From the NCBI GenBank assembly GCA_038212275.1, contig JBBQUR010000009.1, forward strand, positions 159,293-223,292: a stretch of DNA of 64,000 bases. The letters are read 5' to 3'. Positions 56,938 through 64,000 of this stretch are shown in pieces. A program made the translations under genes and the position numbers. The DNA comes from Planctomycetota bacterium. GTDB lineage: Bacteria > Planctomycetota > B15-G4. Every line of letters begins with the position of its first letter. The first letter of the stretch is position 1. The notes beneath the pieces are model-generated. The model was not told where the DNA came from, did no database searches, and worked only from the letters and a program-made list of their open reading frames with translations.

Positions 56938-58148
56938 TCGTGCGGGCTTTTCTGCTCATCGCGCTGTCGTGGTGCGCGGCCTGTTCGCAGGCGCCGGACG
57001 ACGCGGCGCCCGCCGCCGCGACGGCCCGGCGGGACGTCGGCACCGGCGAGCTGCTGTTCGCGCGAGGCGAGCCGCTGCACGGAGAACTCGCCGTGCTCGA
57101 TCTCGGCAGCGGACAGCAGCGAGTGCTGGGGGCGCCGGCGGGCGCCTGCGAAGCCTCGTGGTCGCCCGATGGCGGCCGCCTGCTCTTCCGCGCACCGCAT
57201 GAGGGCCGCTGGGCGCTTGCCACGCTTGCCGCCGACGGCAGCGATCTGCGCTGGCTCGCGCCGGGGTTTTCCAGCTTCATGCCGTCGTGGGAGCCGGACG
57301 GTCGCCGCATTCTCACCGGCGCGGAGCCCGAGCCTTCGACGGAGCTGCCGGCGGGAAGCGCGGCGCATCCGGCGCATCCGGACGCGAAGCCCGAACCCGC
57401 CGCCATGCGAGCCGGCTCGATGGCGGTCTACAGCATGCCGGCCGACGGCAGCGCGGCGCCCGACCTGCTCGCGGAGGGCCACTCGCCGCTGCTCTCACCG
57501 GACGGGATCTGGGTCATCGTGGAGCGCTCGTCGGCGCGCGAAGACCTGCTCGTCCTGCATCGGCCGAGCGGCAGCCTCGCGCCGCTCACGTCGGCGCTCG
57601 AATACACGGGCATGGCCTTCGCGCCCGCCGGCGACCACCTCTATCTCGGGCGGCGGCTCGCGGTCGGCGCGCGGCAGATCATCGGCACGACCTGGCCGGT
57701 CATCCACTGGAAGCAGGTCACGACCGGCGAGACGGACCGCTTGCCGAGGCCCTCTCCGGATGGCCGCACGCTTGCCTTCGTGCGCACGCTCGCGCCCGCG
57801 TCGGCCGACGCGGGCAACGCAGGCGCCGACGGGCACACGTCCGCGCGCGACGAGGTGTGCACGCGCGACCTCTCCACGGGTGCCGAGCGGCTCTGGCCGC
57901 TTGCCGGCGAGCGTCGCGATGACGAGACGCTGCTGCACGAGTTGCAGTGGTCACCCGACGCGACGCGCCTCGCGCTGACGCTGGGCGCCGAAGGGAAGAT
58001 CGCACCGCGGCGCCTGCTGCTGCTCGACATGCGCGACGGCAGCGTGAGCGAGCTTCTCGATGCCACGCCCGCCCAGCTGGCCGGGCTGGCGTGGCGCCCG
58101 GCGGCGGCGATGGCGTCCGGCGGGCCCGCAGGATCCGCAGCGAAGTAG
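56934..58148 (+). CDS. TolB-like (PD40 repeat) beta-propeller lipoprotein
   Basis: GTG overlapping the M1 stop (GTGA); lipobox CAAC; repeated WSPDG/WEPDG/SPDG. Confidence 0.8.
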   Translation: MIVRAFLLIALSWCAACSQAPDDAAPAAATARRDVGTGELLFARGEPLHGELAVLDLGSGQQRVLGAPAGACEASWSPDGGRLLFRAPHEGRWALATLAADGSDLRWLAPGFSSFMPSWEPDGRRILTGAEPEPSTELPAGSAAHPAHPDAKPEPAAMRAGSMAVYSMPADGSAAPDLLAEGHSPLLSPDGIWVIVERSSAREDLLVLHRPSGSLAPLTSALEYTGMAFAPAGDHLYLGRRLAVGARQIIGTTWPVIHWKQVTTGETDRLPRPSPDGRTLAFVRTLAPASADAGNAGADGHTSARDEVCTRDLSTGAERLWPLAGERRDDETLLHELQWSPDATRLALTLGAEGKIAPRRLLLLDMRDGSVSELLDATPAQLAGLAWRPAAAMASGGPAGSAAK

Positions 58149-58189
58149 GCCGCCGCGCTCAGCGCGGTGGCAGGCCGCGAGACGCCGTG

Positions 58190-58310
58190 TCGGGCCGCGC
58201 CGGGCCGCATGCACCGCGCCGCGCCGCGCCGGGCCGCGTTGCGCCGTGCTGCGCCGCGCTGCGCTGCCGCGCCGCGCTGCCGCGCACCGGCGCGGCACGC
58301 GGCGCGCGGC
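58190..58310. repeat. Degenerate pentamer repeat between convergent genes
   Basis: gcgcc/gggcc/gcgct units. Confidence 0.7.
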
Positions 58311-58316
58311 AGGAGA

Positions 58317-58436
58317 TCAGCCCGGACGGACGATCGTCGAGCCCGGCTGCTTGGACGCGAGCTTCTTCGCGGCCTTCTCCTTGTCCTTCTTGGAAGGCTT
58401 CTTGGTTTCCTTCTTGCGGTCCATGCCCTTGCCCAT
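58317..58436 (-). CDS. 39-aa Lys-rich small protein
   Basis: AAGGAG RBS; MGKGMDRKKETKKPSKKDKEKAAKKLASKQPGSTIVRPG. Confidence 0.75.
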   Translation of the reverse strand: MGKGMDRKKETKKPSKKDKEKAAKKLASKQPGSTIVRPG

Positions 58437-58713
58437 GACTGCTCCTTCTGCGGTGACTCCGCCTCGCTTGTGAATCCACATGCCGCCCGGGGGCCTCCCG
58501 GCGCACGTCACGCAGAAGTTATCCGTCGGCGTGCGCGAAAGCGACAGCAGCCGGGGCGCGGAATCGGCGGGCGGGCACCTCCCCGAAACCGCCCGGTCGC
58601 GGTATGGTGCCGCCCGTCTTGCGGACCGCCACTTCGGGCAGACAGGCTCGGGAAGAAGAGGTGTCCACGGTTGCCGCGGTCATGCTGCATCCGCACCTCT
58701 CCCGGAGTCACAC

Positions 58714-60510
58714 GTGAAGCTCTCGATTGTCCGCGCGCCCGCTGCCCTCGTTCTCGCTGCCATGTCGCTCGTGTCGGGGGCGCCTGCCTTCGGTCAGGCG
58801 GGTCCGCAGGCAGCCGCCCCGCAGGCGGACTCGCCCCGGTTCACGCACGTGGCCGGCGTGCTGTACCGGGTGGAGCAAGGCGAGCTGTTCGCCGTGGACA
58901 CGACCGTGATCTCGGCGCGGCTGCTCCCGGGGGTGGACGGTTGGGAAGACCTGCTCGGCCGCGTGCCCGCCGCCGATCGCGCGGCGCTCGGCGCGCTGGG
59001 CGTCGTGCGCCGCAGCCCGCTCGGCGTGCTCGATCTCTCGCTGCCCGCGGGCAGCGATCCGCTGCTGACCGTGGCGCGCGTGTCCGGCACGGGCCTCGTC
59101 GAGTTCTGCGAGACCAATGCCATCGGCCGTTACACGGGCGCGCCCAACGATCCGTCCTTCGGCACGCAATGGAACCTCAACAACGTGGGCCAGAGCGGCG
59201 GCAAGGTCGACGCGGACGTCGATGGCGTCGAGGCCTGGGACATCCTCGGCGGATCACCGTCGGTCGCCGTCGCGGTGGTGGACAGCGGCAGCATGATCAC
59301 GCACGTGGACCTCGCCGCGAACATCTGGCACAACCCGGGCGAGATCGCCGCCAACGGCATCGACGATGACGGCAACGGCTTCGTCGATGACACGGTGGGC
59401 TGGAACTTCGACAGCAACAACAGCAACCCGGCGGGAAGTTTCTATCACGGCACCGCGGTGGCGGGCGTGGTGGGCGCGGTGGGAAACAACGGCATCGGCA
59501 TCGCGGGCCTCGCGGGCGGCGGGCCGTCGGGCGCGGGCGGCGCGTGCCGCGTCATGCCGCTGAACATCGGCAGCTTCTCGCCCAATGCGGCCGTGCTCGA
59601 TGACGCCATCCTCTACGCCGCGAACAACGGCGCGCGCGTCATCACCATGAGCCTCACGGTGCCGGCCTCCACGCCGATCACCGACGCGATCAACTACGCG
59701 GTGAACATCAAGGGCTGCTTCGTGGATTGCGCCTCGGGCAACAACGGCGTCGGCGTGAGCTATCCGGCCATGCTGCCGACGGTGATGGCCGTGGCCTCGA
59801 CGAACCGGCAGGACAACAAGTCGTCCTTCAGCAACTCCGGCCCCGAGGTGGAAGTGGCCGCGCCCGGCGAGCAGATCCTCATGCTCGACCTGAACAACGG
59901 CTACACCACCCAGGACGGCACCTCGTTCGCGGCGCCGCACGTGGCCGCGCTCGCGGGTCTTCTGTTTGCCGCGAATCCGGGCCTCACCAACGCCGACGTG
60001 CGCCAGATCATCAAGGACACCGCCGACGACGTGTCCACGGTGGGCTTCGACAACGGCACGGGCTTCGGTCGCATCAATGCGGCCACCGCGCTGTCCGTCG
60101 CGGTGGGTGGTGTCATCGGCAAGGCCATCGTCTACGGTACGGGCCTGGCGGGCACGGACGGCTTCGTGCCGATCATCGGCAGCCAGGGCGGCGTGCCGAA
60201 GGTGGGCAACGCGGCGTTCACCGTGTCGCTGCGCAAGGCGGCGGGCTCGAGCGCTGCCGGCTTCCTGCTCGGCTCCGCGCAGGCGTCGCAGGCCTTCAAG
60301 GGCGGCGTGCTGCTGGTGAGCGTCGCCGGGCCGAGCGTCGTGCTGCTTGTCACCACGAGCTCGAACGGCAATGCGAGCATCCCCTTCGCGATCCCGTCCG
60401 ATCCGCAGCTCGCCGGCCTGGAACTCGACACCCAGTGGCTCGTGCAGGATCCGGCCGCGGTGTCGGGCACCGCGCTGTCGCCGGGGCTGCAGATCGTCAT
60501 CGGAGGCTGA
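58714..60510 (+). CDS. Secreted S8 subtilisin-like serine peptidase with shared C-terminal domain
   Basis: GGAG RBS, GTG; signal; VAVVDSG, HGTAVAG, ASGN, GTSFAAPHV; NGIDDDGNGFVDD; tail YGTGLAG..FKGG..TQW..QD..LSPGL. Confidence 0.92.
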   Translation: MKLSIVRAPAALVLAAMSLVSGAPAFGQAGPQAAAPQADSPRFTHVAGVLYRVEQGELFAVDTTVISARLLPGVDGWEDLLGRVPAADRAALGALGVVRRSPLGVLDLSLPAGSDPLLTVARVSGTGLVEFCETNAIGRYTGAPNDPSFGTQWNLNNVGQSGGKVDADVDGVEAWDILGGSPSVAVAVVDSGSMITHVDLAANIWHNPGEIAANGIDDDGNGFVDDTVGWNFDSNNSNPAGSFYHGTAVAGVVGAVGNNGIGIAGLAGGGPSGAGGACRVMPLNIGSFSPNAAVLDDAILYAANNGARVITMSLTVPASTPITDAINYAVNIKGCFVDCASGNNGVGVSYPAMLPTVMAVASTNRQDNKSSFSNSGPEVEVAAPGEQILMLDLNNGYTTQDGTSFAAPHVAALAGLLFAANPGLTNADVRQIIKDTADDVSTVGFDNGTGFGRINAATALSVAVGGVIGKAIVYGTGLAGTDGFVPIIGSQGGVPKVGNAAFTVSLRKAAGSSAAGFLLGSAQASQAFKGGVLLVSVAGPSVVLLVTTSSNGNASIPFAIPSDPQLAGLELDTQWLVQDPAAVSGTALSPGLQIVIGG

Positions 60511-60559
60511 GGCGAGCGCGGAATCGGCCGGCCGGCGCATCGCGACGCGTGCGCCGCCG

Positions 60560-60598
60560 GCGCGATGGCGCGGCGCGATGGCGCGGCGCGATGGCGCG
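60560..60598. repeat. 13-bp perfect tandem repeat x3
   Basis: gcgcgatggcgcg x3. Confidence 0.9.
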
Positions 60599-60599
60599 T

Positions 60600-61445
60600 T
60601 CAGCGCGCTGCCGCGACGGCGAAGCCCAGCACCACGGAGCCCACGATGCCGACGGCCAGCGCCCGCGCCCAGGACTGCGCGGCCGGCCGCGGCTTGTCCG
60701 GGTCGTGGATGCCGTTGAGTCCGAGGCCGGCAGTCACCAGCGCCAGGCAGCCGATGCCGAACGGCAGCAGCGGCGTGGCGCGCCAACCGTCGGTGCCGAA
60801 GCGCAGGTAGAGCCAGATCACCACGAGCTGGCAGCCGAAGAAGATCATCAGGCGTGACAGCTGAAAGAGCGGCGGCAGCGCGCGCGATTCCTCGAAGGCG
60901 ATGAGTTCGTCGGCGGCAGCGCTGCCCGGCGTCGGCACCCGGTGGCGCTCGGCCAGCTCGTCCATGAGTGCCGAGTTGCGCAGCATCTCGGGAGGAACCA
61001 CGGCCAGCGAGAGCAGCGTGGCGATCACCGCGAGCGCGGCCGGCACGATGTGGCCGGCGGGCCCCAGCCTGCCGCTGTCCAGCATGGCGCCGGTGATGGC
61101 GGCGGCCAGCGTGGTGAGCGGCGCGAAGGACATGACCACGAAGGCGCGGCTCTTGAGCCAGCGCTTCTGGCGCACCTCCCAGGTGCCGTCGGCTCGCGAA
61201 GCGCGCACGAAGGCCTTCACCCAGAAGCCGGTGCCGAGGAAGTAGGCGAAGGGCAGCGACTGCGCGAGCGCCGCGACGACCGACACGACGAGTCCGGTGC
61301 GCAGGTGAGTGGCCAGCAGGTCCTGCGCGGAGGCCTCGCCGGCGGCGCCCGCGAGCAGGGCCTGGCCGGCCAGCCAGCCGTTCCAGATCACGTACCCGTA
61401 CAGCAGCAGCACGGCGGTCATCAGTGCGCGGAAGATCGTCGCCAT
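60600..61445 (-). CDS. Integral membrane hypothetical protein
   Basis: About 7 hydrophobic segments; MATIFRAL...YFLGTGFWVK. Confidence 0.8.
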   Translation of the reverse strand: MATIFRALMTAVLLLYGYVIWNGWLAGQALLAGAAGEASAQDLLATHLRTGLVVSVVAALAQSLPFAYFLGTGFWVKAFVRASRADGTWEVRQKRWLKSRAFVVMSFAPLTTLAAAITGAMLDSGRLGPAGHIVPAALAVIATLLSLAVVPPEMLRNSALMDELAERHRVPTPGSAAADELIAFEESRALPPLFQLSRLMIFFGCQLVVIWLYLRFGTDGWRATPLLPFGIGCLALVTAGLGLNGIHDPDKPRPAAQSWARALAVGIVGSVVLGFAVAAAR

Positions 61446-61594
61446 GGCGGGAATCCTAGCGATCCGCCCGCGGCCATGCGCCAAGGCGGACGTGCCGCCC
61501 GGCGCGCCGGGAAGCCCGACGCCCGGCGTTCCGTTCCATGCGCACGTGTGCGCGCCGTTGAGCGCGCCGTTGTGCGCGCCAGTCAGCGCGCCAG

Positions 61595-62968
61595 TCAGCG
61601 CGCAGGCAAGGTCGCGGCCAGCAGCGCGAGCACGTTTCCGCCCATGATGGCCGCGATGTCGTTGTCCGCAAAGCCGTCGGCGCGGAGCAGCGCGGTGAGC
61701 TGCACGAGGCCGCTCGCATCGAAGGGCGTCGCGACGGAGCCATCGAAGTCCGAGCCGAGCGCCACATGCTCGACGCCGACGCGGTCGGCGGCGTGGCGGA
61801 TGGCGCGCACGATGTCGCGCGGATCCTCGCTGCCGACGGCCGTGCGCCAGAAGCCGATGCCCACCAGCCCGCCGCTCCTCGCGATGCCATCGAGCTGCGC
61901 GTCGGAGAGATTGCGCGGGTCGTCAGCCGTGCCGCGCACGCCGGTGTGGGAGGCGATGACCGGAGCCTTCGTGATCGCGAGCACGTCGTCGATGGTTCCG
62001 GGCGAACTGTGCGCGACGTCGATGAGCATGCCCAGCTCCTGCGCGCGGGCGATCACCTGTCGCCCGAAGTCGGTGAGGCCATCGGGCGCATCCGGCATGC
62101 GATCGGCGCCGCTTGCGCCCCCTGAGTGCGCGTCGGCCGCGTTCGTGGCGCCGCGTGCGTGCGCTGAGCCGGTCGTCCGTGCGTGGGCCAGCCCGTGCAC
62201 CGACGCCGCCACCTCGTTGTCCGTGAGGTGCGCGAGGCCGAGCATGCGATAGCCGGCTGCGTGCAGCAGTTCGAGGTTGGTCAGGCTGCCTTCCAGCGGC
62301 TGGGCGCCTTCCAGGGCGAGCAGGCCCGCGAGTCGCGGGGCGCCGTCGCCACCGGCCGCGCGGCGCTCCAGGAATCGCTGCAGATCGGTGGCCGTGCGCA
62401 GGATCGCGAAGCGTCCGCCCTCACGCAGCTGCAGGTCGTGCAGCAGGAAGGCCTGGTACATCGCGCGCTGCAGCCGGCTGTCCCAGGTGCGCGTCGGCCA
62501 CAGCTGCGAGATCACCAGCGGCGTCACGCGATCGAGGTCGTCGGCCGAGCGTGCCGCGTCGCCGCCCGCGGGCGCCTGCGTCACGGCGGAGAAGACCTGC
62601 AGCGCCACGTTGCCCTCGATGAGTCGCGGCAGGTCCGCCTGACCGCGCGTGCCGCGCACGGCCAGATCGCGGTCCCAGAGGAGGCTGTCGGCGTGCAGGT
62701 CCGCAATGAGCAACCGGCCGTGCAGCTCGCGATCCGCGTCGGTGACGACGACCGGCACCGCCGGCGCGTGCACCGGGTTGCAGGTGCGCTCCACGACGCC
62801 TGGCAACCACATCGGCGCCGAGAGGAGCCCGGCAAGCGGCACGACGACGAGCAGCAGCGTGCGGCGGCGGCGGCGCTGCCCGCGCTGGTCGGGGCAGTCA
62901 TGCGGGCCCTCTGCCCCCGAGCGCGTGTTGTCAGCTTGCAGTTGCCGGCTCGCGTTCGTGCCCGCCAT
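61595..62968 (-). CDS. Membrane (renal-type, M19) dipeptidase
   Basis: GGAGGAG RBS; ADLHAD, LALEGA, IDVAH, ASHTG, HVALGSDFDG, IMGGN. Confidence 0.92.
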   Translation of the reverse strand: MAGTNASRQLQADNTRSGAEGPHDCPDQRGQRRRRRTLLLVVVPLAGLLSAPMWLPGVVERTCNPVHAPAVPVVVTDADRELHGRLLIADLHADSLLWDRDLAVRGTRGQADLPRLIEGNVALQVFSAVTQAPAGGDAARSADDLDRVTPLVISQLWPTRTWDSRLQRAMYQAFLLHDLQLREGGRFAILRTATDLQRFLERRAAGGDGAPRLAGLLALEGAQPLEGSLTNLELLHAAGYRMLGLAHLTDNEVAASVHGLAHARTTGSAHARGATNAADAHSGGASGADRMPDAPDGLTDFGRQVIARAQELGMLIDVAHSSPGTIDDVLAITKAPVIASHTGVRGTADDPRNLSDAQLDGIARSGGLVGIGFWRTAVGSEDPRDIVRAIRHAADRVGVEHVALGSDFDGSVATPFDASGLVQLTALLRADGFADNDIAAIMGGNVLALLAATLPAR

Positions 62969-63110
62969 GGGCTCCTCCGCGCGTGGCCGCTCGCCGCGCG
63001 TCGTCGCTCGCCGCGCGTCGTCCAGTGGTTCCATCCGTCGCATGTCGAGTGTAGCGATGCGCAGGCCGCAAGCCTCCCGGTCGCCTGGCGCATCGTTTAC
63101 TCTGCCGCCC

Positions 63111-64000
63111 ATGAGCATGAGCATGAGCAGCAAGCAGACGAAGGTCCTGGTCCTGGGCAGCGGCATGGTCGGTTCCGCGATGGCGGTGGACCTCGCGGGG
63201 GATCCGCGCTTTGCGGTGACGGTGGCCGACCGCAGCGAGGAGGCGCTGGCGCGGGTGGCGCAGCGCGCGGCGTCCGCGGGCCGGCTGGCGACGGTCCGCG
63301 CGGACTGCTCCGACGTGCGCGAGGTGGCGCGGCTCGCCGCCGGTGCGGAGCTGGTGCTCGGCGCGTTGCCTTCGGTCTTCGGACTGCAGACGTTGCGCGC
63401 GGTCATCGAGGCGCGGAAGTCCTACGTGGACATCAGCTTCATGGCGGAGGACCCGCTGGCGCTGGACGGCCTGGCGCGCGAGCGCGGCGTCTGCGCCGTG
63501 GTGGACTGCGGCGTCGCGCCCGGCATGAGCAACATGTTCTGCGGCTACGCGGTGTCGCGGCTGTCGCCGTGCACGCACCTGGAGATCTACGTCGGCGGGC
63601 TGCCGGTCGAGCGCCGCTGGCCCTACGAGTACAAGGCGCCCTTCGCACCGCACGACGTGCTCGAGGAGTACACACGCCCGGCGCGGCTGGTCGAAGGCGG
63701 GAAGATCGTCGTCAAGGAAGCCCTCTCCGAGCCGGAATACCTGCAATTCCAGGGCGTCGGCACGCTGGAGGCCTTCAACACCGACGGCCTGCGCTCGCTC
63801 ATGTTCACGCTCAAGGTGCCGTCGATGAAAGAGAAGACGATGCGCTACCCGGGGCACATCGCCCTGATGCGCGTGCTCCGCGAGACGGGGCTCTTCTCCA
63901 AGGAGCCGGTCGAGGTGCGCGCCGTCGGCGGTGCGCCGGGCGGCGCCGCGGGCGCGGCCGGTGCGGAGGGCGCGGGCGGCGCGGGCGGCGCGGAGGGCGC
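63111..64000 (+). CDS. Saccharopine dehydrogenase / lysine 6-dehydrogenase family, partial (runs off window end)
   Basis: Manual translation: KVLVLGSGMVG, YVDISF, VDCGVAPGMSN, IYVGGLP, EEYTRPAR, LEAFNTDGLRS, EKTMRYPGH. Confidence 0.9.
   Translation, partial: MSMSMSSKQTKVLVLGSGMVGSAMAVDLAGDPRFAVTVADRSEEALARVAQRAASAGRLATVRADCSDVREVARLAAGAELVLGALPSVFGLQTLRAVIEARKSYVDISFMAEDPLALDGLARERGVCAVVDCGVAPGMSNMFCGYAVSRLSPCTHLEIYVGGLPVERRWPYEYKAPFAPHDVLEEYTRPARLVEGGKIVVKEALSEPEYLQFQGVGTLEAFNTDGLRSLMFTLKVPSMKEKTMRYPGHIALMRVLRETGLFSKEPVEVRAVGGAPGGAAGAAGAEGAGGAGGAEG

Overview
A very GC-rich bacterial chromosomal window with about 45 genes. I saw no rRNA, tRNA, CRISPR array or transposase/integrase. The gene content (ECF sigma factor with a Hanks-type kinase, carboxypeptidase-regulatory-like repeat proteins, a sulfatase, many secreted Gly-rich proteins) suggests a Planctomycetota lineage; this is inference. 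Recognisable genes: PrsW protease, SufT/DUF59, YitJ-type HMT/MTHFR, ferredoxin, GNAT, tesA-ybbA-ybbP-like trio, TonB, K+ channel, AI-2E transporter, arylsulfatase-HAD-porin-octaheme cytochrome cluster, APC permease, Uup-like ABC-F, animal-type heme peroxidase, M10/M1/S8/M19 peptidases and a saccharopine dehydrogenase-like gene. Main observations: (1) four unrelated secreted proteins end in the same ~120-aa C-terminal domain, a candidate protein sorting or surface-anchoring system, and a divergent copy appears N-terminally in a tandem gene pair; (2) a 3.7-kb segment holding two gene fragments is bracketed by the ferredoxin 3' end and a degenerate copy of it, like a decayed island integrated at a ferredoxin gene; (3) a 231-bp non-coding element with nested perfect inverted repeats; (4) a small beta-barrel with a TonB-box-like motif beside tonB; (5) pervasive short tandem repeats and low-complexity loop insertions. 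All family calls are motif recognition by eye, not database searches.
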